In this document: one piece after another, positions 22,914-32,000 of the stretch | Layout: every line of letters starts with the position of its first letter | How positions within the stretch are numbered: position 1 is the first letter of the stretch | NCBI GenBank assembly: GCA_943789275.1 | Contig: CALSTM010000001.1 | Coordinates: 598,585-630,584, forward strand | Length of the DNA stretch: 32,000 bases | Direction: 5' to 3' | Source: Candidatus Poseidoniaceae archaeon | Lineage (GTDB): Archaea > Thermoplasmatota > Poseidoniia > Poseidoniales > Poseidoniaceae | Program-made: the position numbers and the translations under genes | Notes under the pieces: model-generated | Databases searched by the model: none | What the model was told of the DNA's origin: nothing | What the model saw: the letters and a program-made list of their open reading frames with translations, nothing else

Positions 22914-25280
22914 ATGGAATCGTCTACCGACTCCTCTCTGTTTGAAGGCCGACTGTTTTTCCGACTTGGTGAGTTTACGCACGACCATCGTAAGAAGGTC
23001 CTCGCGTTCGGAATACTCGCTTGCCTCGGTATGGCTTCATTGATTTCAATCGGTCCTGACTGGGCCGAAGGATGGGGCGAAGGTGACCTTGAATCGGTTG
23101 ATGCTTTGGCCATCATGGACAATGCCTTTGTTGAATCGGGTACCAACGTCGAAAGTACGCAAGGTTTCGTTTACCTCGTACGACACGATACGCTCAATGA
23201 TTCCTCGGCACTGTGGCAACAGGAAGTGATTGATGCATTGGCAGAATTTGCGGCACTTCCAGATGTAACCATCGACTATTCGTGGGACACTGCAGACGAT
23301 GAGCGTGCCGAACTTACTTTTGAAGGCGAAGACGGTTTTTGGGCTCAAAACCGCGTCATCATGAACATGTCTCGTAAGGATGCAAAAGCCCTCTATGCAG
23401 ACCACTATGAATCAATTGACATTGACAATCAATTCGATGCGTGGAGAACCGATGGAATGGCCATTGAATATACTTTTGACCACAGAATCGAAGAAGATCT
23501 CGTGAAGGCTGAACTTGTTTCTGGACCGCTCTCACTCATCATTCTCGCCATTGTTTTCGGTACTTTCCTCGCTGCTCTCTTGCCGGTTGGGGTGGGTATC
23601 CTCACCGTATTGTCAGCGATGGGTGTAACCATTTGGCTTTCGAACGTCACCGACGTTACGCAGTATGCAGTCAACATTATTTCTTTGATAGGTATTGGCG
23701 TTTCTATAGATTATTCGTTGTTCCTGGTGAATCGTTTTAGGGAGGAAATGGGCCGGCATGAAAACGATATTCGCACCGCCACTGCGATGAGTGTGGCAAC
23801 AGCTGGAAAGGCTGTTTTCTTCAGTGGCATCACTGTTGCAATCGGGCTTATGGGCATGTTGTTCTTTGCCAACACAAGTTTACCGAGTCTGGGAATTGGT
23901 GGTACTTTAGCCGTCACCATTGCGATGATTTACTCGTTGATTGTTCTACCAGCAGTTCTGGCTATTCTCGGTCCGAGAATCAACACAGGTCGCAAACTTC
24001 CGTTCTCCTTCAAGATTGAGACCAACAACGATGGAGAAGGCGTTTGGGCAAAAATTGCAAACACCGTGATGGACCGTCCTTGGGCAGTACTCATCCCAAC
24101 ACTGATCATCTTGCTTGGAGCCGGCCTACCGTTTTTCCAGGCTGAGTTCTCGCTTGCCAACAGGGACGCACTTCCTCCCGATGATGAATCACGGCTTGGC
24201 CTTGACCACATCGATACCATCTGGCCAAAGAGTTCCTCAAATGCGGCACTGGTCGTTATTGATTTCGACGGAGAAGACCCATTGAACGAGACAAACTTGC
24301 GATTGATGCATCAGTGGATGGTCAAACACGTGAGTGATGAGCGCATCGATGAAGCGTTCGGATATGCTCTACCAATGGTCGGCATGAATGAATCAAGTGT
24401 GGTTCAGTTTTGGTCGACACCTGCCGAATACCTCACCCCGGAACAAAATGCATCCAGAGAGTATCTGCGTGACCAGTTTATTTCAGGCGATGTCACTTAC
24501 GTCATCTATGCCATGAACGGACCGAGTACAAGCAAAGCGAGCCACGAATTTGTCGCCGACTTACGAGAAGAAAGAAATGATTTCACTTCCTCACTTCTGA
24601 CCGGTGAATCCTCTTCGCTCAATGTCGCCGGATTTGCCGCCTACAGTCTTGATACGCTCTGGGCCATCCAAGATAATCTCCCGATTGCCCTTGCTTTCAT
24701 CCTCATTGCAACCATCGTGTTGATTTTCATTCAGGTGCGAAGTATCATTATTCCAATCAAAGCCATTGTCATGAACATCCTCTCCATCTCAGCCTCGTTT
24801 GGTATGTTGGTCTTTGTGTTCCAATGGGGATACGGTGCTGACTTGCTCAACTTTACACCACAGCCGATAGAGGCGACGAATCCCGTCATCATGTTCTGTA
24901 TCGTCTTCGGCCTGTCGATGGATTATGAGGTGTTGATGCTCTCCCGCATTCATGAAGAGTGGGAGCGAACCGGTGACAACACCCTTGCTGTCGCCAATGG
25001 ATTGCAGAAGACTGGACGTCTCATCACCGGCGCTGCAGCCATCATGGTCGTTGTTTTCAGCGCCTTTGGACTTTCATCAATCATCATCTTGAAGCAAATT
25101 GGTTTCGGTTTGGCTTTGGCCATTCTACTTGACGCAACCATCGTTCGTGCACTTGTCGTTCCTGCCACCATGCGTCTCATGGGAGAGGCGAACTGGTGGT
25201 CACCTAAGTGGATGGACAAGTTCTTCCCAACCAAATCTCACCCGAGCGGTGGCGATGAGAAGCCAGAAGAAGCCGAATAG
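22914..25280 (+). CDS. MMPL/RND-superfamily membrane transporter
   Basis: Two blocks of about 6 TM helices are each preceded by a large soluble loop. Typical segments are ISLIGIGVSIDYSLFLVNRFREE and FGLSMDYEVLMLSRIHEE. The probable ATG is at 22914 and the track ORF starts at 22833. Confidence 0.9.
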   Translation: MESSTDSSLFEGRLFFRLGEFTHDHRKKVLAFGILACLGMASLISIGPDWAEGWGEGDLESVDALAIMDNAFVESGTNVESTQGFVYLVRHDTLNDSSALWQQEVIDALAEFAALPDVTIDYSWDTADDERAELTFEGEDGFWAQNRVIMNMSRKDAKALYADHYESIDIDNQFDAWRTDGMAIEYTFDHRIEEDLVKAELVSGPLSLIILAIVFGTFLAALLPVGVGILTVLSAMGVTIWLSNVTDVTQYAVNIISLIGIGVSIDYSLFLVNRFREEMGRHENDIRTATAMSVATAGKAVFFSGITVAIGLMGMLFFANTSLPSLGIGGTLAVTIAMIYSLIVLPAVLAILGPRINTGRKLPFSFKIETNNDGEGVWAKIANTVMDRPWAVLIPTLIILLGAGLPFFQAEFSLANRDALPPDDESRLGLDHIDTIWPKSSSNAALVVIDFDGEDPLNETNLRLMHQWMVKHVSDERIDEAFGYALPMVGMNESSVVQFWSTPAEYLTPEQNASREYLRDQFISGDVTYVIYAMNGPSTSKASHEFVADLREERNDFTSSLLTGESSSLNVAGFAAYSLDTLWAIQDNLPIALAFILIATIVLIFIQVRSIIIPIKAIVMNILSISASFGMLVFVFQWGYGADLLNFTPQPIEATNPVIMFCIVFGLSMDYEVLMLSRIHEEWERTGDNTLAVANGLQKTGRLITGAAAIMVVVFSAFGLSSIIILKQIGFGLALAILLDATIVRALVVPATMRLMGEANWWSPKWMDKFFPTKSHPSGGDEKPEEAE

Positions 25281-25333
25281 GTCAATGCTAGCAAAGAGCG
25301 AAGCATCAAGAAGGTCCTCTTCTTGAAGCAGCC

Positions 25334-26428
25334 ATGGGAGCACACCAACCGTTCACGTTGCCTCGAACCGGTCATGTTCTTGAGAACCGCAGCGTTCTTG
25401 CTGCCATGACCAATAAGCAAAGCCACGTGGATGGAACACTCTCTCAAGAGGAGATAAAATGGCTTGTTCGACGGGCAAAAGATGGTTTTGCAATCACGAC
25501 AACCGCTGCAGCAAACGTCACTGAACACGGACGTGGATGGGATGGGGAAATGGGCGTATGGGGTGACCATCAGCTGCCTGGCCTCACTGCAATGGCAACC
25601 CAACTCAAGGAAACTGGAACACTCAGTCTTGCTCAAATCTTTCACGGCGGTATGCGAGCACCGAAATCCATCAACGGCGTTCAGCCCGTGTCTGCCAGCA
25701 GAAATACCGAACCAGGTATGGACGGACTCTACACGAGAGAACTGACGCATGAAGAAGTACTGGAGATGATCCAATCGTTTACCGATGCGGCTGTCCGTTG
25801 CCAAAAGGCAGGTTTTGATGGCGTTGAATTGCACGGTGCCCACTCCTACCTCATCTGCCAATTCTTAGGCAGTGTCACCAACCGTCGCGAGGATGAATGG
25901 GGGGGCGACATCATCGGGCGAAGCAAGTTCTTGCGCGACATGATTACTTCAGTTCGAAATGCAACTGGGCCCGATTTCATCATAGCAGTCCGCATTTCAC
26001 CCATCATCGAAAAGGCAGGTATCTTCCTTGATGAAAGTCTCCAACTCACAAAAATTCTCTGTAAGATGGATATTGATCTGCTGCATGTATCATGCTGGGA
26101 TGTGTTCCAAGGTGTTGCAGGTGATGAAAACGGGGCAAGTCTGACCAAGAGATTCGCAGAAGTTGTTCCAGAGCATATTCCTCTCATTTCTACGGGTGCA
26201 GTTTGGACTTCCAAAGACGCTCAATGGCTGATGGAAGAAGGCGCTGACTTGGTCGGTGTGGCCCGAGTTGCCATTGCGCATCCGGATTGGCCCATGCACC
26301 TCGCTGATGTGGACTACTCACCGCAACGGCCACCGTTCACCGAACAACACTTGCTTGATGTCGACCTCAGCCCGGTGTTCGTTGAATACATGAAGCGTTG
26401 GAAAAACTTCGTGATTGATGGAAATTGA
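25334..26428 (+). CDS. NADH:flavin oxidoreductase, Old Yellow Enzyme family
   Basis: Contains GFDGVELHGAHSYLICQFLGSVTNRREDEWGG (OYE signature) and GADLVGVARVAIAHPDWP. Confidence 0.9.
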   Translation: MGAHQPFTLPRTGHVLENRSVLAAMTNKQSHVDGTLSQEEIKWLVRRAKDGFAITTTAAANVTEHGRGWDGEMGVWGDHQLPGLTAMATQLKETGTLSLAQIFHGGMRAPKSINGVQPVSASRNTEPGMDGLYTRELTHEEVLEMIQSFTDAAVRCQKAGFDGVELHGAHSYLICQFLGSVTNRREDEWGGDIIGRSKFLRDMITSVRNATGPDFIIAVRISPIIEKAGIFLDESLQLTKILCKMDIDLLHVSCWDVFQGVAGDENGASLTKRFAEVVPEHIPLISTGAVWTSKDAQWLMEEGADLVGVARVAIAHPDWPMHLADVDYSPQRPPFTEQHLLDVDLSPVFVEYMKRWKNFVIDGN

Positions 26429-26499
26429 GGCGAGGCATTCCTAAATCCGCGGTGTAACCGTAATGATGTTCACTCCAGATTCACTCGAGCCGGTGATTT

Positions 26500-26643
26500 T
26501 CAGTTCAGGGGCTTTTTGAAGAAAGCGAGGTAAGAGCCGTCTTTGGCTTGCAGAACTGTCACCATTTCCCAACCACTTTTACCAAACTTATTCCATTCAG
26601 CATCCTTGTTCGATTGCATGTACTTCCATTTCTGCATGTTCAT
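26500..26643 (-). CDS. Small (47 aa) DUF4177-like protein (the track ORF extends to 26730 across the repeat region)
   Basis: MNMQKWKYMQSN...FGKSGWEMVTVLQAKDGSYLAFFKKPL resembles the W.Y....G..GWELV......y..fKr pattern. The call is weak because the ORF is short. Confidence 0.4.
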   Translation of the reverse strand: MNMQKWKYMQSNKDAEWNKFGKSGWEMVTVLQAKDGSYLAFFKKPLN

Positions 26644-26711
26644 TCGTAATACTGTACTCCTTAAACGGTTTTGGAGATTTAAATTCAACGAAGGTGATTG
26701 GGTTTGGATTC

Positions 26712-26854
26712 GTTGATGCGCACGGTCCACTCACGTTGTATTATGTTTCAGAGTGGACGTGCCGAGCAATCAACAAAGGTGTTCGGAATCAGTTTGTTGA
26801 TGCGCACGGTCCACTCACGTTGTATTATGTTTCAACAAGAGTGGACGTGCCGAG
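26712..26854. repeat. Direct duplication (55 and 59 nt, 84 nt apart) of the tRNA-Ala 3' end plus about 42 nt of its trailer
   Basis: The 39-nt core GTTGATGCGCACGGTCCACTCACGTTGTATTATGTTTCA is followed by GAGTGGACGTGCCGAG at 26712-26766. The same sequence recurs at 26796-26854 with a 4-nt ACAA insertion between the two parts. The last 13 nt are the tRNA-Ala acceptor 3' strand. Confidence 0.85.
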
Positions 26855-26914
26855 ATTTGAACTCGGGGCCTCTACCATGCCAAGGTAGCGATCTTCCAAC
26901 TGATCTACACGCCC
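26842..26914 (-). tRNA. tRNA-Ala (anticodon GGC)
   Basis: Reverse complement: GGGCGTG TA GATC AGTTGGAA GATC G CTACC TTGGCAT GGTAG AGGCC CCGAG TTCAAAT CTCGG CACGTCC A. The cloverleaf is perfect. The G3:U70 pair is the Ala identity element. Confidence 0.92.
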
Positions 26915-27050
26915 ATGTGGGTGCTTTCGCAAACCGTCCACTTGCACGCCCATCATAAGCATTGCCAACTCGTCCTTCGTTTGATGAATTCATCTTTGAT
27001 AAAAAATCAACATCGAAACATCGGCGAAGTTGTCCTTTAAGTAATGTTGA

Positions 27051-27914
27051 ATGCTCTCTATTATGGTAAGAAAAATGAGGCGAGAGAACATAGAAAATGA
27101 CCTGCAAAAAGCACTGGACAACGGACACAATGTGTGGGCCATAGGAGATGTCCACGGATTTTCAAGAACGCTTGAACACCTCTTGGATGAATGTGAATTG
27201 AGCATGGATGACCGGGTTGTATTGCTCGGTGATTTAATTGACCGTGGACCCGACAGTTTCGATGTTGTACGCATTGCACGCAGCGACCCGAGAATCCACT
27301 GCGTTAAAGGAAATCACGAAGACATGATGGTTGAAGGTTTTGACATGGAGCGAATCAGCAATCCTGGTAGCGACATGCGAATGTGGCTTTACAACGGCGG
27401 CCAGGCTACCGTTGCCTCCTATATCCGTGATTACACCGATGAGTTTGGCCAAGAGGACACCGAACAACTTCTCCTTCAAATCGTTGATGATAAGGAATGG
27501 ATGGAGCGCTTGCCATCGCATATTGTTCTTGACAAATGGCGATTGGTTCATGCTGGTTACGACCCAAGAAAGGAGCTCGACTCCCAGGAAGAAGACACAC
27601 TGCTGTGGATTCGAAAACCGTTCCACAATGCCTTAGAGCCTGTTGATGAGGAGAGAACCGTTTTATTCGGACACACACCGACCATGAACCTGAACAAGCA
27701 TCTCGGTGCTGAAAAGTGGGGGAAACCGTGGCACTCCAAGGTGAAATTGAAGGATGGGCGTTCGGCAAGCATCGGGTTGGATACCTGTTTGTTTCATGAA
27801 GAACGACAACCGGCAACTCTGACTGCTTTCAATTTACAGACGCATGAAGTTCTTCAAGTGAGCCGTGTTGAACGTTGGGACGAAAGAATCCGTGAACAGG
27901 TCAAGGAAGTTTAG
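27051..27914 (+). CDS. Metallophosphoesterase, PPP-family Ser/Thr phosphatase / ApaH-like
   Basis: Motifs present: GDVHG, GDLIDRGPDS, GNHE, HAGY and FGHTP. Confidence 0.9.
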   Translation: MLSIMVRKMRRENIENDLQKALDNGHNVWAIGDVHGFSRTLEHLLDECELSMDDRVVLLGDLIDRGPDSFDVVRIARSDPRIHCVKGNHEDMMVEGFDMERISNPGSDMRMWLYNGGQATVASYIRDYTDEFGQEDTEQLLLQIVDDKEWMERLPSHIVLDKWRLVHAGYDPRKELDSQEEDTLLWIRKPFHNALEPVDEERTVLFGHTPTMNLNKHLGAEKWGKPWHSKVKLKDGRSASIGLDTCLFHEERQPATLTAFNLQTHEVLQVSRVERWDERIREQVKEV

Positions 27915-27980
27915 TTTTCACATGTTTGTCAGTAAAATTTCATTGACAGATTTCTTGAGGGAGTGGACACACGGTGTACC

Positions 27981-28543
27981 ATGGGGGATGCAGAGGGCAC
28001 ACGATCGGTGCCGCTGGCGGACACTCCAATCCCACCCTATGAACCGCGAATTCCACTCGAACTCGTTGACAATGCATTGCAAATGCTTTCAGGGGTTACT
28101 GATGCGACTTTCCGACCTTGGATTAAAGACCGATTCTCCGTCATATGGCTTGAGAATGAATCGAAGAGACTCGGAATGACTCGGTTTGAAGAAGGGCCAA
28201 ATGAGTTGGCTCGAAGACGAAGGCTTCGTATTGACCCGGCGAAGTAACCATTGGCTTACATCCGGCACTGCTCGAAGATGATGCCCTTTATAATCACACA
28301 TTCGTGCACGAGTTCTTGCATGCTGCTGGACTCACTGCGCACTCTGTACAGCACGACCAACTCACCCAAACCATCGCTCCAGCGCCGTCCATGAAAGAGT
28401 CACCATTGCTTCAAAGAATACGCGATGGAGTGCTTGGTGAATCTCAAGTTCAAGAGTGGAAATGCAAGTCATGTGGTTATGAATGGAAACGAACAACGGT
28501 TCGCCGCCCAACACGTTGTCACAAATGCGCAAGACCACTTTGA
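27981..28543 (+). pseudogene. SprT-like zinc metalloprotease with a C-terminal zinc ribbon, split by one frameshift near 28235
   Basis: The N-terminal part (27981-28247) ends RRRRLRIDPAK-stop. The frame open from 28235 reads PGEVTIGLHPALLEDDALYNHTFVHEFLHAAGL (an HExxH motif) and ends with CKSCGYEW...CHKCARPL. The shift coincides with a CCC run at 28235-28237. Confidence 0.7.
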
Positions 28544-28596
28544 GCATGATTCTGATGGTTAACCTTCATCAAGTGTGAGCCCCGCGCTTGAACTAA

Positions 28597-28672
28597 GGAC
28601 GTATAGTGTAGTTGGATATCACTTTGGCCTTCTAAGCCGAAAACCCGGGTTCGAATCCTGGTACGTCCGCCA
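28597..28672 (+). tRNA. tRNA-Arg (anticodon UCU), CCA encoded
   Basis: GGACGTA TA GTGT AGTTGGATA TCAC T TTGGC CTTCTAA GCCGA AAAC CCGGG TTCGAAT CCTGG TACGTCC G CCA. Confidence 0.92.
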
Positions 28673-28699
28673 CCAATCTTGAGTCCGTACCCCGTGAAT

Positions 28700-29824
28700 G
28701 GGGTACGAGGGGCTTGTGGAGATTTGGAGTCCGAACCTTTCTGAATCTGTCGAGCCATTCCGGCTGTGCCGTTCCCTCTGTCGTGTTCATCGTTGAGCGC
28801 ACATGAGCGCCGTTCCCATGCTTTCCGAAAAGCGGTGTCATGACCAGCTCTGAGTAATGTGTCTTCGATGGTTGCTACTGTGTCTCCGAGGATGCGTGCA
28901 ACATCTCTCGTATGAGACTCCACTTGTCGAGAAATCGCATAGCGAGTGTGTGCCGGTATGTGTGCGAAGCATATGGCCGAATGGTCTGTCCGTAATACGG
29001 TGCAGCTCCTTTCCGACCTTTGCTAACCATGAGTTGATCGACTTGTCTGAAACATGGGGTCGTTTCACTTTCGTTGTTCCCGAGTTCCCTGCATTTGAGA
29101 TGGGAAGAGATATGTCATGTCATGACCTTGTTCTTCGAGCCATGCTTTGTACTTCTTGAAACACTGTGAAAGCGTCGGTTCAATGAATCGACACACATCG
29201 CTTTTCGTTCTTGCTGGCATTGAATTGAGTGATCCACTTAGAAGGTCAATGTATTCCCATTTGAATTTTGCAGAGTCTTGCCGGCGTGGTGCGATGTGGT
29301 AATGCAAAAAGTGAACTACGGCGAACTTCAGTTCTTTGGTTCTGAGCGACATCGAGAGCATGTGGATTCATGGCTTCCATTTCTTCAAGATTCCAATATG
29401 TGATCTCCTTTGCTTCCTTTTTTTCCTTCCACATCTCTACGAAGTGAAGGATATCACTGAGTTTCATAGCCTTGAGCATTTGAACCAAGGCCTTCTTTGC
29501 GCTTTCTGATGCTGCCTTCGGTGAGTGGATTTCCGCTTCTCGTTTGTCCTGCTCGGTATCGTTCAACAAGTTCAGCCAGTCTGTGTCGTTATTGCTTCAG
29601 CACTTTTGACGCCCATGTCCATGAAATCACAGGCCACCCAAAGGAGACTCTGTGATCGTTTTTCTTGGTTGATCTCGGTGGTTTCGCAGTTCTCCGTAGT
29701 GGATGCTCGCCTGTCTTGCTCTTGCCCAATCTGGGGTTAATTCTTCTTCGTGGTACTGTTTTATTGCCCATGTCCGAAATACCTCGTGAGCCGTTTGAAC
29801 CCTTCGATGAAAGCACGAGGTCAT
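28700..29824 (-). pseudogene. Tyrosine recombinase/integrase, fragmented over at least four reading frames
   Basis: Fragments in order: RTKELKFAVVHFLHYHIAPRRQDSAKFKWEYIDLLSGSLNSMPARTKSD..LFPS (catalytic Arg box), SINSWLAKVGKEL...GHMLRTHTGTHSL (HxxR box), then RDVARILGDTVATIEDT. The expected catalytic Tyr appears only after a further shift (..HYSELV). Confidence 0.7.
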
Positions 29825-29852
29825 TATTAACCCTCGATGGGACAGTCAACAC

Positions 29853-31070
29853 ATGAAAGGAGAGGGGTTGGGCCGGGATGTTACCTGGTTGAAATCTAGC
29901 TCCAAGCCACAAATTACTCTTAACGAGAAAAGAGTATTGAGAACCGTTGAATTCTTTGGCGGTGGTGGAGGTATTGCAGAAGGTATTTCCGAAGGTTGTA
30001 GAAGATCTGGTATCGTTCATGAAACTTATTTTGCCAATGAGTATGATGATAATCTATTGGCAATTTATAAAGCGAACCATAGGCCGAAATTCTCTTCATC
30101 ACATGATATATTAGAATACTTGGACCCAGTTATTCCCCGAGATTTTGATGAAGAAAAAATGAAACAAAAACCCAACAAATACCCGGCCATCCGAAATGGA
30201 GAAATGACCAAAAGAGAAATAGAATTTAGTCAAAAATATCCAGGGATAGAAAATGTAGATTTACTCGTAGGTGGTCCACCCTGCCAAGGAAACTCTGATC
30301 TAAATAACAAATCACGTAGAGTTGATAAGAAAAATTTACTTTATTTTACAATGCTAAGATTCAGTAGATTGTTTAAACCAAAAATTGTGATTATTGAAAA
30401 TGTTAAACAGGTAATTCACTCAAGCCAAGAAGTTGTTCAAAGGTCCCAAAATGGATTTGAAAAATTGGGTTACTCTGTACAAACGATAACTGTCAAAGGA
30501 TCGGACGTAGGTGTTGCGCAAAAGAGAGAAAGACATTTTTTCTTTGCAAGTAGAGTAGGTGAACTTGACTTGTCTCTGCTTGAGAACGGAATCCCTGAAT
30601 TCATCATTAACCCCCGGACCGTACGTTGGGCTCTTGAGGGAATAGATGAGAGTCTATTAAACGAAGATATGTTCAATACTACTGCTAATCTACTCTGTGA
30701 ATAAGGAAAGAATGAAATGGTTAATTGACAATGATGAATTTGAATTGCCGAACCATTTGCGGCCGGATTGCCACAAAGAGGGACACTCATATCCAGCAGT
30801 GTATGGAAGGATGTATCCTGACAGGCCTGCAGATACAATCTCAACAGGTTTTGCTTCAAACGGGCAAGGTCGATTCACACATCCATGGGCAAAACCCGGC
30901 CGAACAATTACGCCTCATGAAGCCGCGGCAATCCAAAGTTTTCCTGATATTATCAATGGCCCGCATCCGGAATCGGAATTCTCCGAACTGCAATTGGCAA
31001 TGCAGTTCCTCCATTGCTTGCTATGCACGTTTCTATGGCGGCAATCAACTTATTAGTTAGTGAAATTTAG
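29853..31070 (+). pseudogene. dcm: DNA (cytosine-5) methyltransferase with two frameshifts (about 30697 and about 30948)
   Basis: Motif I is VEFFGGGGG, IV is GGPPCQGNS, VI is VIIENV and VIII is QKRERHFF. Motif IX, RTITPHEAAAIQSFPD, is in a second frame. Motif X, AIGNAVPPLLA, is in a third frame ending at 31070. Confidence 0.85.
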
Positions 31071-31087
31071 GCGTATAAGGTGATGAG

Positions 31088-32000
31088 ATGGTTAAAGAGG
31101 TACCAAATATAATCTTTAGATTGCTTGACCTCGGTTTAGAACGAATCATTTCTGAAGTGATCGACAACACTTGACAAAAATGCAGATGATTAGAGTCAAT
31201 TTGTAATTCCAAATTCCGAAGCAAAAAATGCAATGACTGTTATCAGGGACAACGGCGATGGGTTTGGTAGTCTAGAAAACTTATTTTCATGTATGGAGAT
31301 AGAAGCAGATGATGAGGACATGAAAGAGGTATCGAGGACGTTGGTAAATACCATATCGGTTTGAAAATAGCACCATTAACGAAGTATTCTCGAGTAGATA
31401 TAGTTACCAAAATCAATGGAGAAATTGTTTCACTCAATTTCTTTGAACCCATTTCTTCAAATTTGGAATTTAATATGAACGATCCTTTGCACAGAAATCC
31501 GACATACCCTAAACAACTAGAGGCTCAATCCTCAATACCACGTGAAATTTTGGATTTCATCGAAAGGGCTGATTCAGATGGACTACGATGGTTTTTCTTT
31601 CAAATCCTTATCGAAAACTACTCGAGGAATCGTTTCCCGAGAATAAAAATTTGAGAGATACAGATGCATTCCAGGAAAATTTACGCCGATTCTTGGGCAT
31701 CACCTACGAACGTTACTTCACTCAAAGACCAGATTTAGATATCAGGGTGATGGAAAGTCGGTAACTGCCTATGACCCATTTTGGAAGACCTTTACTCCTT
31801 CAAATATACTCTCGCGAATTGGTGAGGATACTTCTCCTAGGGCTACAAAGTTGCGTAGAATGTCTAGATTCGGCACCCTTGAAGGCTATAGATTTGTTAG
31901 CACAGTAGTACCTTCCTTAACCGTACAACCATTGTCATACCCGATGAGGTAGCAAGAAAACATCTCAAAGAAATACTGGCAGAGGGGTTACAGGTGATAC
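31088..32000 (+). pseudogene. GHKL-type (HATPase_c_3 / MutL-like) ATPase broken by stops and frameshifts, 3' end outside the window
   Basis: The ATG at 31088 follows AGGTGA. It reads ERIISEVIDNT-stop, then in other frames ADD/IRVNL, VIRDNGDGFGS (the DNG.G motif), VGKYHIGLKIAPL (the G.G.K motif), LRRFLGITYERYFTQRPDLDIRV and NGKSVTAYDPFW. Confidence 0.6.

Larger units (their letters stand above)
28673..32000. mobile_element. Decayed integrated element downstream of tRNA-Arg (continues beyond the window; no distal att copy seen inside the window)
   Basis: Integrase remnants lie immediately 3' of the tRNA, followed by AT-richer methyltransferase and GHKL ATPase genes. All carry frame disruptions. 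Confidence 0.65.

Noticed and set aside
22129-23146. Lys-rich (22147-22725 plus), Phe/Ser/Cys-rich (22371-22697 minus) and 227-aa (22463-23146 minus) ORFs
   Set aside because: These are alternative-frame or antisense readings of the GAA/GCN acidic repeat at the 3' end of the 19344-22772 gene. The in-frame EF-hand and zinc ribbon support the plus-strand frame.
25238-25861. A 207-aa ORF on the minus strand
   Set aside because: It is antisense to the clearly recognisable Old Yellow Enzyme gene and has no motifs of its own.
26694-27155. ORFs 26694-26888 and 26698-26958 (plus) and 26832-27155 (minus)
   Set aside because: They overlap the tRNA-Ala gene and its duplicated trailer. Their apparent internal repeat is just the DNA duplication.
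28519-28923. SSV-type split integrase, since the minus-strand ORF reads through the whole tRNA-Arg gene
   Set aside because: The end of the integrase abutting the tRNA is the catalytic C-terminal end, not an N-terminal attP-containing part. The read-through is most simply a chance open frame past the true stop of a frameshifted gene.

Overview
Hand analysis only. Coordinates come from counting sequence blocks, and composition statements are visual, not computed. The window looks like an archaeal chromosome segment. A marine Euryarchaeota / Poseidoniales (MGII)-like origin is my inference from a UbiA-type DGGGP synthase, a GPN-loop GTPase, archaeal-style tRNAs and giant ELWxxDGT / thrombospondin-type-3 surface proteins. 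Layout: (1) 0-13.7 kb holds four large secreted or anchored repeat proteins, interspersed with an HxlR regulator, a bacterial-type topoisomerase IB and a free-Met-R-sulfoxide reductase. (2) 13.7-15.7 kb is a visibly AT-rich islet of three orphan genes. It sits at the 3' end of tRNA-Glu(CUC) and is bounded by an 18-nt direct repeat. Further same-orientation copies of the tRNA 3' end lie at 9.94, 9.99 and 10.89 kb, each following a single gene. (3) 15.9-26.4 kb is mostly housekeeping: a small wHTH operon, DGGGP synthase, argF, GPN GTPase, MMPL transporter and an OYE flavoenzyme. It also carries an unusual 1142-aa protein that appears cytoplasmic, with a polyproline N-terminus, beta-sandwich repeats, acidic repeats, an EF-hand and a zinc ribbon. 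(4) tRNA-Ala(GGC) has a duplicated 3'-end-plus-trailer segment. (5) Next come a PPP phosphatase and a frameshifted SprT-like protease. (6) From tRNA-Arg(UCU) to the window end lies a decayed integrated element whose tyrosine integrase, C5 cytosine methyltransferase and GHKL ATPase are all broken by frameshifts or stops. The best candidates for something new are the integrase-less orphan islet with the tRNA-Glu repeat array, and the polyproline/EF-hand/zinc-ribbon protein paired divergently with the GPN GTPase. No CRISPR array and no rRNA were seen.
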